Source of the DNA: Xylographa opegraphella
Lineage: Eukaryota
Length of the DNA: 64,000 nucleotides
Direction of reading: 5' to 3'
Assembly (NCBI GenBank): GCA_022813865.1
Contig: JALDZX010000006.1
Location: 186,001 to 250,000 of the forward strand
The notes beneath the pieces were generated by a model that saw only the letters and a program-made list of their open reading frames with translations, searched no databases and was not told the DNA's origin. This document shows positions 25,035 through 38,604 of this stretch, piece by piece (the first letter of the stretch is position 1; every line of letters starts with the position of its first letter). The position numbers were made by a program, and so were the translations under genes.

Positions 25035-28000
25035 ATGTACGGGTGAGTAATAAGACTATAAAATTGCTATCTGTATATACTAATACTATTGACCAGTCCT
25101 TCACAGGATCTAAGAGGGCGCGCCCTGGGGAAAATTGCAGCTCTGTCCGCATCGTCTTCACACAAGCAGAGCGAGCAATCCGACTTCAGGAAACTATACC
25201 AGGCTTGCACGAAAGATCAGAATGGGCCGTCAAATTCGTCCGCCCCATTGCGCAATGGCCTCAGTAATGGGTATACCTCACTTGCCAGTGCACCAATGGT
25301 ATGGAGGCTTTCGTTGCAGCGACAGAATGCCACTTTGCTAATTACCTCTAGACCGTCGACGAACTCCAGGTATTGATTGCATTATGTAAAGCCGGTCCTG
25401 AAATTAATGAGCTTCATGCTGCAAGAGCTCTATTGACACAGCTTCTCCCCTATCTATCAGAGGTCCATGAGCAAGCAATAGCTCCGTCGCCGTTCTTGCG
25501 ATTGGTAGAACCGTCGCCCTGGGAAGCCTTGACATATGGTTTAGTAGTCGCAGTACTAGCTATTGGCATAAAGTTTCCTCCACTTCACGGGATTGTATAT
25601 GATGGAGTCATCAAGTACATCGAAAACTGTCGATCTTGCGCAAGTCGGCTTCACTACAGTGAGAGCTATAGTGACCTTAAGCCTCAGCAAACCTTCGAGA
25701 TTGGTGCCCTATCTATGTCACTCATCGGGTTTTTGGAAGCATCAGCATCTCATTTTCATTTCTTTATAGTACCAGAACGGCTGAAGGTTGTCACTAGTCT
25801 ACGACAGATATTGACCGAACAATTTCTGGTCTGTATCGAGGGCGCCTTCTCCTCAATAAGGACATCGGAGTCCAATGTTCGAGCTTGTCGGGAATGGAAG
25901 CAGCATACCAAGTACTACGCCAGCTCTGGACGGCCACTGGGCGCAATGCTCCTCCAAATGGGCTTCATGAAAATGCTAGTCTCCTGCAGTTCCTTGCAAT
26001 TATCGACAACAGAAACCTTTCAGCAGATGGATTTGCTCGACTTCCTCATGTCAGGGCGGCCCATATATCCAGTGGCGTACCGAGAGAATAATGTTGATCA
26101 AGTACAACTTCTGTCAGATATCGCTGCAGATGAGATGCGGTTACTCGAAGATGGTGCCGATTACTTACAACTTGGCTCAGCATGGCAACAAAGGCTTGCT
26201 TCTGCTGTTAAAGGCTACGCGTTGACAGTATTCTTAGGATGTATCATTGTCGATGAAGAAGTGGCTGATTTGGATGTGTTTATGTCCTGGCTGGAAGAAA
26301 CCATGGCGGACCCAGTTCAAATGGCCGACAATGACTTGGCATGTATTATTCTGAGATCTATGTCTATCGTGGCGAAAATATCCCCTACTATTGCTTCGTC
26401 TCTCAGTCGTTCGCTTCCTCGATTCATTGTTCAAGGCGGCATCAAAGGAAGCACTATTGCAATTGCAGCGGAATGTCTAGCTTTCATTTTGCAGCTACTT
26501 TCTCAAGATGCTGTCATTACTGGCCTGTATTCTCTTGGTAATGTACTCAGCGTAGGCTCAGGTACCGATAAAGGTATCGCTGCAAGCGTGCCTTCTGATG
26601 GGACTTTGAGTGGTCCCCGGAATTCCGTCCGCTACACACAACATTCTTCTGGCAGCGCTATATCACTTGATGTGAGCGGCGATGAAGCAACATCAGCAGC
26701 TTACGGAAGCGTGATTCGCGCCATAGTAAGTGTAGCGACGACTTGTAAAGATAGTAAGGTGACACCGCTCGCTCTGTCCATGTTGATTCAGAAATTAGGC
26801 CGGATCAGCATGGCCGTAGACCTGCAAATAATTGTTGAAACAGCAGTGCTTGCTTCACACGGTGAAGAAGTTGAGCTCAGGTCTCTGTTAAAGTTATACG
26901 ACAGACTCGCTCATGATGCAGTTCTCCAGAACAATGATACGCTTCTCGACTCGGTTCGTGGTGGAGAATCCTTGGATATAATAGTACACTGATGAGGTAT
27001 GCAGGTCACAAAAGCAAGAGTACAATTAGCCAACGCTCTACCTCCAGAATCTTCGCTACATCAAGTTTATTTCTTGCACCTTCTGGAGACTGTCGTCAGC
27101 AAGGGTGATGTGCACGAAAGCGAAAACACTCACAAAGCAGACGTAGAACTCGCTGCCAAAGAGATTGGAGAACTTTTACGACCACTAGCTATACTCGCAG
27201 CCTCTCAATCCACCCGGAATACTGGTGGCGAACTGGCAGATGAGACTGCTGAACGTCTGCAACGTGATTCTTGGTTCAATATTGTAGTCCATGGTATCAT
27301 ACCTGGCTCTGTGATCGGTCAAAAGTACGCAAGTGAGCTGCAAATTCTTGCGACTCACTCACGTCCCTTGGTCACAGAAGATCGTGCAGACCATCTCGAA
27401 AGTGACATTGATTTGAACACGGTACTGAGACGAGGTATGAACGGGGACAATGCTACCAGCATGAAGAAAGCATTAGTAAATTTCCTTCCTTCTCAGGAAT
27501 CACACATCAGGGCGCTTAGCTACCCAAGAGTAATATTCCTGCATGCTACGTATTTAGTCGAGACTTTGCGAGCATATGGTGGACACTGCGCTCCTGTACT
27601 TACTTATTTTATTGATCCAAGCGTTAACCATCACGATACCAGCTCTTGCATGGTCGCTATTGTTGACAAGGTTATGGCAATTTTCCTCAAGCAAACATTG
27701 GGCAGTCTACAATCAGATACCTCAGCACCTTATGTTGCGAAAGAGCTCTCGATCATTCTTGCCAACTGTTGTCACCGCATTCTCAAATGCCAACAGGTGG
27801 CTGCTTCATACGCCGATAGATTGATTGGGCAAATACCTTCCAGTTTATGCCAGAGGACTTCTCTCTTTGCTCTCCTCGAGTTGCTGAGTCTTATGTGGCT
27901 AAGCTGCTTGGAGTCTGACATTGACGAGTATGAATGGAAATCAACATACTCTTCCACTCTAGGCAATGTTTCGCTACACCTCTCTGATGACTTTGCGTTC

Positions 28001-31000
28001 AGGAGGCGAACTCTCGACGCTTTTTATCGCAGAGCTAGGACATGGGTCATAAGGGTTATCAATATAGCACCCTTGGATGTCAAAGGACTGCTACAGGTGA
28101 AGTTTGCCACAATTACTTTGTGCAACGTATATTGACATCTACTACAGACGTACTTATCGGAACATGATGACGATGGAGCGTATGGTCATTTAGCTTTGGG
28201 TAGAAGCTTCGCTCTCGAAATGGGCTCCATTATGTCCACGGCCGATCACAGATTAGGTGATGTTCCACGTCCTTCTTTATCAATACGAAATACTAACTAT
28301 CTCAAAGGCGCAATCGATCGGACCGGGGAGTATAACATAAACACCGGCTCTGATTTTATTGCTCAGTATACAACTCGACAAGAATACAAGTACGCAGACG
28401 CTTTACCCGGGTACGACCATGACTGGGTAAAGCTTCTTGCGCAAGGTAAGAAGGCTCCTAGAACTACAAATATTTATATGCTGACTGGTCAAGATGGCAA
28501 GCAAGAAGATACAGCAATTAGCCAGGACCACAATATAAATGATGCCCGCGCAATACTCGCTGTGCTTGAGCGCCAAGTATCCGAACGAAGATTCACCCCC
28601 CTGATCGAGGTACGCGACATACTACGAAGAGCTGCAGCCCTACTATGTAGAAGTAAACAGGACCAATGTGCAATAGTGCGCCATCTAGTCCGCATTCCGT
28701 TCACGCTTTTCACAAAGCAATCCATTAAACTCGGCATCTCGCTTTGGCTTGGTGTAATCAACGAAAACCCTCGTATGGAGCCTAGAATATTGGTAGAAAT
28801 TGCCGAGCACTGGGAACACACGGTACAGCAGAAAATGGGTATATTCGACGACAAGTTTCAGTAAGTTTAATGCCAGACAAATTGAGACCATTTCTTAATG
28901 ATCGCTAGCTATCTGGATCCGTTTTATATAAAGGAAGAGTTTGCTCCGTCGGACAAAACAGTCTTACTCAAGCGTGCGCAAGCTGTGCACAACATGATAG
29001 CACCCCATTTACGCGTTCTGCTGTTCCTCGGGAGCCATTTCAACGCCAATCGCTTGGGAAGTCCTCATCTACGAAGAATCTTCCAGAGACTGATAAGAGT
29101 CACTCTATTTGGGCTGCAGACCTCCACTGGGCATCCGCTAGCTCGGGAATTTCATTTCCAAGTAGTTCTATTTGGGTTGACAATCCTTCGATACAGCGAT
29201 GATCTTGGAGAAGCAGCAAAGTGGAGATTCAAGGATAGGATATTAAGCACGTCACTTGCCTGGTTCTCTCATTCGCCAAGGTGGTCCTTTGGAGGTAATC
29301 GAATCCAGATTAAAGCCGAGGTTCAATTGATGACAGACGTTGAGGCTGCGCTCAACGCAGTGACCACGGTTGGCTCTGTTGGCACCAAGACCTTACAATT
29401 CCTGTCGATTAAGCAAGATTTACTCGTACGGCTTCTCGAAAATGAGCATACGCATCTCCAGGTCTGGCTTTTCCCAACAGATCACGAGAAACGGCGGGTC
29501 TTCCACTTTAGTCGCACGGACAAATTATTAGCTAGCTCTATTACCTCACAAATGTTGCGAATCGCGTGGACAGAGTGTCCCAAACTTGCAGTACAGCTTC
29601 CAAGTCGCTTTCAGCTACCCAGTCTGACACGAGAGGTCCGCTCGCTTCTTCTTAATTCTCCAGTGGCTGCCATAGGGGAACCTGATGCTCTTCAGATAAT
29701 GCTAGAGAATGGCTTACCTACCGACGTTTCGTATCAGCTCAAGTACCTCCTATACTGGGCACCTGTCAACCCTATAACAGCCGTTACATATTTCCTCCCG
29801 GCGTATGGTAATCATCCATTCGTTCTCCAGTATGCTATGCGAGCACTGGAGAGCCACTCTGTGGACATCACCTTTTTCTATGTACCCCAGATTGTGCAAA
29901 GCTTAAGATATGATGCGCTTGGATATGTGCAGCGATATATTATTGAGACAGGAACATTCTCCCAACTCTTCGCGCACCAGATCATCTGGAATATAAAAGC
30001 CAATGCATACAGAGACGAGGACTCCACTGTCGAGGACCCCCTCAAACCAACTTTGGACATGGTCATGAACAGACTGATCGGCAGTTTCTCTGGAACGGAT
30101 AGAGCATTCTACGAACGCGAGTTCTCATTCTTCAACGAGATCACTGATATTTCTGGTAAGCTCCGACCTTTTATCAAGAAGAGCAAGCCAGAAAAGAAAC
30201 AGAAAATTGAGGAAGAGTTGCGGAAAATCAAAGTTGAGATCGGTGTGTATCTCCCCAGCAATCCTGATGGCGTGGTCATTGGCATTGATCGAAAATCTGG
30301 CAAGCCTCTTCAGAGCCATGCCAAAGCGCCATACATGGCAACATTTCGTATCAAGAAGAACAAAGGTGATATGGAAACCACTGACGACATGCTCGAGAAA
30401 ACCAACCAAAACGAGCATGAAGGCCGCGAGGGCTCCGTCACCCAGGAATCTACCTACGAAGTTTGGCAGTCTGCCATCTTTAAAGTCGGCGACGACTGTA
30501 GGCAAGACGTCCTCGCCCTGCAGATGATCGCCGCCTTCCGCGGTATCTTCAACAACGTCGGCCTTGACGTCTACGTGTATCCATATCGTGTTACGGCCAC
30601 CGCCCCAGGTTGCGGCGTCATCGACGTGCTCCCCAACTCCATTTCTCGCGACATGCTTGGCCGGGAAGCCGTCAACGGTCTGTACGACTACTTCGTGTCC
30701 AAGTACGGCGGCGAGCAGTCGATCCGCTTCCAGGAGGCCCGCAACAACTTCGTCAAGAGCATGGCCGCCTACTCGGTCATCTCCTACCTGCTGCAGTTCA
30801 AGGACCGCCACAACGGCAACATCATGGTCGACGACGCCGGCCACATCCTGCACATCGACTTCGGCTTCTGCTTCGACATCGCGCCCGGCGGCATCAAGTT
30901 CGAGCGGGCGCCGTTCAAGCTGACGTCCGAGATGGTGGCCGTCATGGGCGGCAGCACCGCGTCGCAGAGCTACCAGTGGTTCGAGGAGCTGTGCATCAAG

Positions 31001-31243
31001 GCCTTCCTCGCGTCGCGCCCGTACACGGAGAAGCTGTGCCACATGGTCGTGCTCATGCTCGACAGCGGCCTGCCGTGCTTCAAGCCCGAGACCATCTCCC
31101 ATTTCCGCGACCGCTTCGTCCTCGAGCGCAGTGAGCGAGAGGCGGCCGATTTCATGAAGGACTTGATCAAGAAGAGCTATGGGAGTTATTCGACCGGCGT
31201 GTACGACCAGTTCCAGTTGCTGACGAATGGGATTCCTTACTAG
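25035..31243 (+). CDS. STT4: Phosphatidylinositol 4-kinase III alpha
   Basis: About 8 exons, including an 8 nt first exon 25035-25042. PIK helical domain (YLLYWAPVNP), QSHAKAPY, FKVGDDCRQD, KDRHNGN, HIDFGF and the typical end YDQFQLLTNGIPY*. Confidence 0.96.
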
Positions 31244-31585
31244 TGTACAGTAGGTAGGTGTGCTGCCAGATGTACGATGGCGAGGGTGGACGTAATCGAG
31301 GAGAGTGCGTGAGCGGAAGGAGAAAGACGCGGGAATTCTTAGCTAGGTCTATTGAGTCTTACGCAAAACGTTCAGATCGGAAAGAGTGGATTAAACAATA
31401 TTTAATAATGGCTAGTCGTTAACATTTCTCCCTACATATTTTGCTCTCGTGTGCGTTCATGAACCACATCAGTGGTATAACATTATTGAGTATGCCTTCG
31501 GTCAATCCGGTGACCTGTCGCGGCTATAGAGGCTGATCCGAGACGAAGCGCATCAACGCGTCGGCCATCTTAAACTGTCGCAAGA

Positions 31586-33322
31586 TCATTCGTCGTCGCC
31601 AGAGTCGTCTCCGCCGTCCCCGCCATCCCCCTCACCGGCGCCTCCGTCATCACCTCCGTCATCACCTCCGTCATCACCTCCATCGTTGCCTCCATCGTCC
31701 CCACCATCACTGCCAGCGGAGGGAGACGAAGTAGGCGCGGAAGAAGGCGAGGAAGGAGAAGCAGAAGTGCCGGTCGAGCTGGCGTCCGCCTTTGCCGCGA
31801 AGCCAACGGTAGGCTGTCCGCCGTCGGGGTACTGGAAGACCACAAACGAGGACTTTAGGAAGACGTCGCCATAGATGGCTCCTGGGCCGTTGCTAGGGTC
31901 GGAGAATTGGATGCCCCCGTAGCAGTCTACAGTTGATCTTGTCAGTAAAGATCCATTTGCAATTTAGGCCGCGCGAACGAGTTCTTGGGGTGCAGGGCCA
32001 GACTTACTGTTACCATCCGCGGGTCCGGTATTGATGGCAGACGCAGGTACCATAGCTGTATAATTTCCGAGACCTATGTAGAAATCCGGAAGAGTGGCGT
32101 CGCATGGGAAGATATATCCACCATCAGTATCACTATTCTGTGAGCCCTTAACTTGTTTGTAGTAGGCGTCTAAAACGTCCTGGGGAACCAGGAGAAGGGT
32201 GGTACCAGTATCAACAATAGCATTAATATCCTTTTTTACCATGTTCGACGAAGAACCTATGCCGTACGTGCTACTGGTAACACCCCAGAAGCCTTGGCTG
32301 TTGTCAACGGGCACATAGGTGATGGCTCCGGAGTATTTGGTGGAGTCGATCGTGCCGAAGTCGTAAGTTCCAGGTTGGTCGTGGTAAAGGTCTGCAGTAA
32401 AAAGAGGTGCAGCCAATGACGGTTTTACGTTGGTGAAGAAGGTCTTTTGCGGGTCGGGCGACACTGCAGAGATAATCAGCATGGCACCTCCATACCACGT
32501 CCTGCAAGCATGCTGAGGACATTCAAAAGCATTAGAGCGGTCACTGCTCACCGGTGTTGATACTGTCGAAGGCTAGACCCAACAAACCGTCACTGGCGTA
32601 ATCGGACACGAACTGCGAGCTTATGTTTGATGCTGTTTCTACCGCCTGTCCAGTTGCAACTGCACCGCCAACGTTCACCGTGTCGGTGTATACGTCGCCC
32701 CCTGCCGAACTGCTATCTCCGTACGTGATAGACCATGAGGCACCTTTCAGCTGAGAAGAGCTGCTGGACTGAGTCGGATCGTAGACCGAGTGATTACCTA
32801 TCTCGGATGTACTGAGTTCGGCAGAAAAGACCCAGCTAAGCATTGTCAGCTTACTCTGGCGGGATCTCAATGCTCGTACAAGATATGGAAACAAAGAACT
32901 TACAGATCTGATGATCCGGTATCAAATTGAAGACTCACTTCTTGACCCCCAATTGTGATCTGTGATATATATTCATTATCGCCCGGAGTGGGATCAGCAT
33001 CAACAAGGCCCGAGCTCTGAGCATCTTTAGTGCTACTACTCTTGGAGGCTTTTAAAGATTTTTGTGAGCCGTGGATTGTCTTCTTCATGGTTGGGGCATT
33101 AGCGCTCATTCTGGACGCTGCATCTTTCAGGCTAGGTGAAATTGTCTTGTGGTATCTATGATAAGCGTGCACTCTGGCTGCGGCCCCGTTCTTCCGACCA
33201 GATCTCGACGATGCTGGGGATTGGCGGACTGAAAACGAGTCTCTCTTAGACATTGGTGTTGCGGATGCCACAGTCGCCAGGACCGCCGCTACCAGCGAAA
33301 GCTGGTCAATAGTAAGACGCAT
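31586..33322 (-). CDS. Secreted pepsin-like aspartic endopeptidase (family A1, aspergillopepsin-like) with acidic C-terminal tail
   Basis: Signal peptide and basic propeptide; catalytic FDTGSSDL and IVDTGTTL; flap [15 protein letters not shown] and IYGDVFLK; four exons; 66 aa Ser/Pro then Gly/Asp tail. Confidence 0.93.
31641..31676. repeat. 12 bp tandem repeat x3 encoding (DDGG)n in the protease tail
   Basis: CCTCCGTCATCA at 31641, 31653 and 31665, followed by degenerate copies. Confidence 0.9.
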
Positions 33323-33665
33323 TACGGAAAAAGTCAATCAGATATTAGTAAGACGAGACGAACGAACAGTCGACGATATAACCAGATATCTAGTCGCTGA
33401 GGATTATCGGTGTGATGTATAGAGCTTATAATATGTAATTACCAACCGCGAGAGGTCTAACATCTTGCGTCGGTTTCGCATAGAACGGCAGCCAACCTCA
33501 TTTGGTTCTTCAAGGGAACTCTGCATGTTTAGAGCGACTGTTGGAGTATGTTACTTTGGACAGACCTCAGTGTGTGTCTGTGTCAGTCACCAACACCGAT
33601 GCCGAAAATGGCTAATCGTCGGTACCATGGACGGATTCTGACAAAAGGAATTGACAAAAAGGTTG

Positions 33666-33745
33666 TGCATAGCAAAATGATGTCAAGCCATGCATAGCAA
33701 AATGATGTCAAGCCATGCATAGCAAAATGATGTCAAGCCATGCAT
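33666..33745. repeat. Perfect 25 bp tandem repeat x3.2 (minisatellite)
   Basis: TGCATAGCAAAATGATGTCAAGCCA at 33666, 33691 and 33716, plus TGCAT. Confidence 0.95.
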
Positions 33746-35052
33746 TATTTGCAATCAATGTAAGAAGCTTAGCCAGAGACCAAGAATGCGTTCACTCGCA
33801 AAAAGAATTGTACAATGCATCTCTGTTATACGCGCTTCTCTCAGCATTTCTACACATTCTTGCGAGGGTAGCACCTAGCCGGTGTGAATTTACGGTGCAA
33901 ACAGACCGCCGGAATACTAGACGCTGAAACGGGTATAGCATTGTTGTATGTCCAACAATGACCGTGATGTCCATAATTGTAGGGGGGACATGCACCAGAC
34001 ATGAAGATCAAGAGAAGCAGACGTTGGAAAGGGTTCGTCTTCCATCCAACGTTGTTGCTGTTCCTTTGGCTCGTCTTCGGTGATTGGCTGTCCTTCACTA
34101 GCGACTTCATGCAGGACTATCACCAATGTGGTTAACCCTAGCCAAGCCCGTTTCACGGCCCGAGGGGCGCTGTTGACTCGAGTCGAGCGTTCAGGACGTG
34201 TACTCGTAACTCCAATCAGCATTCAAGACCTGGTTCTTGTTTCGTCCTCCAAGCATGGGCGGACATTGCCTGGTTGTCACGCTGCGTTGCTCGTGTTTGA
34301 AACCAGGTCGCGTAAACCTCACTTGACCCTTCAACGTGCTCCCCATCCCGATACATGAAAGTCGGACCCCCTGTAATGCCCCGCAATGCAAATTGTCAAG
34401 CATTAATATTGTGTCATCCTGCCGACAACAATAATAACATCCGTTGTACTCCACAGGCCCCTTGCACCTAACTTTAAAGAAATTTCCGGCGTCCAATCAA
34501 TGTCCACCAATGTCTGTTGACCTAAGTTACGCCGTATGGCGAGTTGACGTTTTTACCATGGCGGCGTCTAAGCTATGGCCTAGGGGACTTCAACCTCGAT
34601 CGTAATTACCGAGATCTCGTCGTGAACACCAATTACCTGAGTTATAGTCGTTCATTTTCGAAACCGCGCCTCATCCTATGCTCTTCGAGCCATTCGACGA
34701 GAAGACGAGCCTTCTTGAACTCGTCTTGCAATTCAGACGCATTCCCCAACTGGCTTTGGCGGTCAATCGCAACGCTGAAAGCCTACCAGCAGCCAGTGAG
34801 GCTTCGAGAGCGCCGGTATTGTCTTTATTCTCCGCTCGTGTTATCTGACTTTCATACAAGACTCTCCTTGTCCTTGGGTGACCTCGATCCCCATCTTCCT
34901 TTATGATTGATGACTTGACGACAACGAATTCCTTTACTGGTGATTCCCAACTGTGTCAATTTCCTTGACACAAGAGTGCAAAAGTTGTTACTCCCATCCT
35001 GGACGAGCCTGGACAGTGACGTCGCTTGGTTGGACTGGCGCTATTTGAAAGC

Positions 35053-37206
35053 ATGGCGGGTCTGGTTGGAGAAACAATGAGTGAAACGGTGGATCCAGAG
35101 ACTCTGTATACAAAACAAAATTGCATAGGCGGCGGCAGCTTCGGAAAAGTCTACAAGGGAGTTGACCGACGGACCGGACAAGCGGTAGCTATCAAGGTCA
35201 TTGACGTGGAAAATGCTGAGGATGAGGTTGAGGATATCATTCAAGAAATTTCCATTCTTTCCGAACTTCACTCTCAATACGTCACAAAATATCATGGTTC
35301 GTTTCTCAAAGGGTCAGACTTGTGGATCGTCATGGAATTTTGCTCTGGAGGCAGCTGCGCGGACTTAATGAAGCCGGGATTGATTCCTGAAGAGTACATA
35401 ACCATCATTATCCGAGAGCTCCTAATGGGATTGGACTATCTCCACGGCGACAAGAAGTTGCATCGAGACATCAAAGGTCAGCATTGCTCTGGAAGCCGAG
35501 CCGAATGTCATAGCTAATTGCGTTGGGTAATAGCCGCAAATGTCCTCTTGGCTGCCAATGGACAAGTAAAATTGGCTGATTTTGGCGTATCTGGCCAGCT
35601 CACTGCGACAATGACCAAGAAAAACACGTTTGTAGGGACACCATTCTGGATGGCTCCAGAAGTCATCAAACAATCCGGATACGATCACAAAGCAGACATT
35701 TGGTCCCTCGGGATAACAGCTATAGAGCTCGCCAATGGAGAGCCACCCTATTCGGACATCCATCCGATGAAGGTTCTTTTCTTGATTCCCAAGAACGCAC
35801 CCCCAGTATTGCATGGCGATTTCAGTAAACCGTTCAAGGAGTTCGTGGAACTTTGCTTGAAGCGTGAACCCAGAGATAGACCGTCGGCGCGAGACTTACT
35901 CAAGCATCCTTTCGTACGACGTGCTAAGAAAACAACATATCTAACAGAATTAATCGATCGGTACGAACGCTGGCAAGCTAGCAATGGTGGACATGATTCG
36001 GATACTGAAGAGGACTCTTCCCAGGAGGACGAGAAAGAGTATTCCACGGAGGAGCAGGACTTGTGGGACTTCGGTACAGTTCGACCAGCCGGAGGAAGAG
36101 TTGCTGGCCTACGGGCGATGAACGATGCGGCGACCAATTCCAGAACCCGAAGCAGTGGTCTTGGAACAGGAATTGAAAATGAAGATTACTCGGCAAAGCC
36201 TCAACCGAGATCCAATAAGAGTAAGGAACAGCCAAGGCAGTCGTTTGAAGAAACCCTGAGAGCCAGTGGGGATCGGCTTGACACGGCCAGGCGTGGTATA
36301 TCACCGCAGAGGAGAGCCGTACCTCCTCCACTATCACCAAGCACTGCGGCAAGAATCCCACTCCCAGAGTCTCCGGCTAAACCCCAAGTGAAGAAAAATG
36401 ACAGTCCCTCCTCGGCCAACTACGATCGGGCATTACAGAAAACGCTTGCTGATGACTTGAAATTTTTGAATCTTGGTGGGGCTATCGGTGCCTCACTTGA
36501 GACACCGATGGCTCGACCAGTACTTTTTGACAACCACCAAAACCAAAACCAGCCGTTCAGGCCACTCAGCGAGCAGCCTCACAAACCAATCGGTCCCATC
36601 AAACTTCCCGAAATACCCCCATTTCAAGGTCGCTCGAAGAACTTACCGCTGCAGAACCTGCCTCATCAGTCAGCTGAAGTGGCTACGCCCGCTCAGCAAC
36701 CACAGTGTCAACCCTCCGTTGTCCAGCAACCCCTTCCCGCTTTCGCCCCAGAAGCATTCCTGCCTTCACAACAGCCCTTCATGCCACTACCAAACCTCGA
36801 CAGGGCGGCACCGCGGAAATCAACCGACTCGACCGCTTCGGCCCAGTTTCCATCCGCCGATCCCGCGGCAGAGCTGACCGCGCTCAGTGGGGTTATTGTC
36901 CCTGCTCTCGAGGCCGCTCTCCAACGTCGAACGTATGCCATGACTGCAACCCATCGCGGCTCGAGGTCCAATAACGAGGCTACGACGCAAGATTTAACGC
37001 AGAAGCGGCAATACGCCCACGACAAGCTCAAGAGGCTCGTCGTCAAAGCCGCAGGTGTCTTCAGTGAGATAGAGAGATGGGACAACGAAGCGCCAGTTGG
37101 AATGGGAGGAGGTGTGAATGCCTTTCTCGAAGGATTCTTGGAAGAGGTCCTTGTCAGAGTGGAGGCGGAGGATGAAGATGGAGTCGGAAGTCCGGTGAGA
37201 CGCTAG
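35053..37206 (+). CDS. STE20-family germinal centre kinase (GCK-III; MST3/STK24-like)
   Basis: [23 protein letters not shown] (across intron 35477-35533), DFGVSGQL and the STE20 signature [14 protein letters not shown]. Long Pro/Gln-rich tail with a helical C-terminus. Confidence 0.92.
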
Positions 37207-37947
37207 GGATTGTTGGTGTTGCTACCACATCTTCCAGTGCCTGGAAAGCCGTCCAGACGCGAGAGATCTCGATATACATGATTTTTGGAGGGCTTGCCGG
37301 GGTGTCGATGAGTGTGCCGACACGGAGATTTGGCCGTAGAGGTGGGTGCGGATACAATGCCGTTTAGAAGTCATGTACATATCGCTTACAGCACACAGCA
37401 TACCTTATGGTACCACCACAGTCGTTAGTCACTGACGTGAATCATGGATATTCGGCATTTTTAGCACGCTAACCACATGTATCGAGTACCTCAAAGTATC
37501 CGAGGCTGCGCTCTGTTGTGATTTATGATCGATTGAGCAGATCGAGATGTCCTCACCCGCAAACACGACTCATGTGCGATGAACTTCCCTATCCAACGAT
37601 CGCCGATTCGAGTTGAGCCACGTGTACAGATCGATCTGATGGGGCATTCATCTGGTTTCAGGGCGCGATGGCCTGGCGTTTGATCGGGGACGGAAGATAG
37701 CGTTGGGGCCGTCGGCCGAACTACTGCATTGCCTACTTGTGTATCACCAGTATCGATTCTGTGACTTCGTCCACGATATATTTCTGGCAGGCAGGCCGTG
37801 GAAGGTCACATCCGTCCAGATCTATATTTCTAGGGCATAGTTCATGTGAAGTCTCGAATACACTTCAACGCCTAGCAAAAGTGCCATTGCCCTTCCAAGC
37901 GACTTGCGTCCTAGCTGAATCGGTACGATCTAATCTGACCGGCTCTT

Positions 37948-37972
37948 GAGAGAGAGAGAGAGAGAGAGAGAG
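37948..37972. repeat. (GA)12 microsatellite
   Basis: Direct reading. Confidence 0.95.
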
Positions 37973-38534
37973 CACTGCATGCATCAGAACAATCTCCCCC
38001 CTCTCAAGAAAAGTCCCCAATCGTAAGTGTATGCAATGCCAAAGTCCATGCCCCAGGGAAAACACTCCCAAGAGAATCCGCCCGCGCGCCAAATCGTTCT
38101 CATATCACCCCCCCCGGCCCAAACGTCCCTCTCCTCGTGACCACTAATTACCCCTACGCCCCAAGGGGCCCCCTCCCCTTCGCCGATCGGAAGCGCCCCC
38201 CACCCCCCTCGATACCACGGACCACTGCCCTGGAACCGGTGGGCCGTAGATCCCAGATGGTGCTAAGTCGCGCCAGCACCGCTACGCGCCTTCTTAATAA
38301 AGAAATGAATGAAAGAAGCGGACCCCTGGGAGTGGGTGGTGGCGGGAAGAGAAGTATCGTCGGTGGATGATTGGGGGTGGACGATCGGGGAGGCTAGTTA
38401 GGGTTGATGGGGAGGGGGGGTTTTTGTCGGGTTACTGGGCTACCTGCACCCAGGGTCCGATTGATGACTGGGTTTGTGGCTAGTGGGCGGAGAAACCGAG
38501 ATCAGCGGGCGTGGGTCGCTGGGGGAAGGGGGGC

Positions 38535-38604
38535 GGTGGATGGATGGGTGGATGGATGGGTGGATGGATGGGTGGATGGATGGGTGGATGGATGGGTGGA
38601 TGGG
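38535..38604. repeat. 12 bp tandem repeat (GGTGGATGGATG) x5 plus partial
   Basis: Direct reading. Confidence 0.95.

Noticed and set aside
30125..31102. 325 aa minus-strand ORF inside STT4 (similarly 17072-17842 over CYP51 and 52275-52835)
   Set aside because: Antisense shadows of GC3-rich codons, which suppress stops on the opposite strand; no recognisable domain.
33666..33745. 25 bp repeats as a CRISPR-like array
   Set aside because: No spacers, eukaryotic context and no cas genes.
38398..38403. TTAGGG as an interstitial telomere repeat
   Set aside because: Isolated single copies within G-rich sequence, not tandem.
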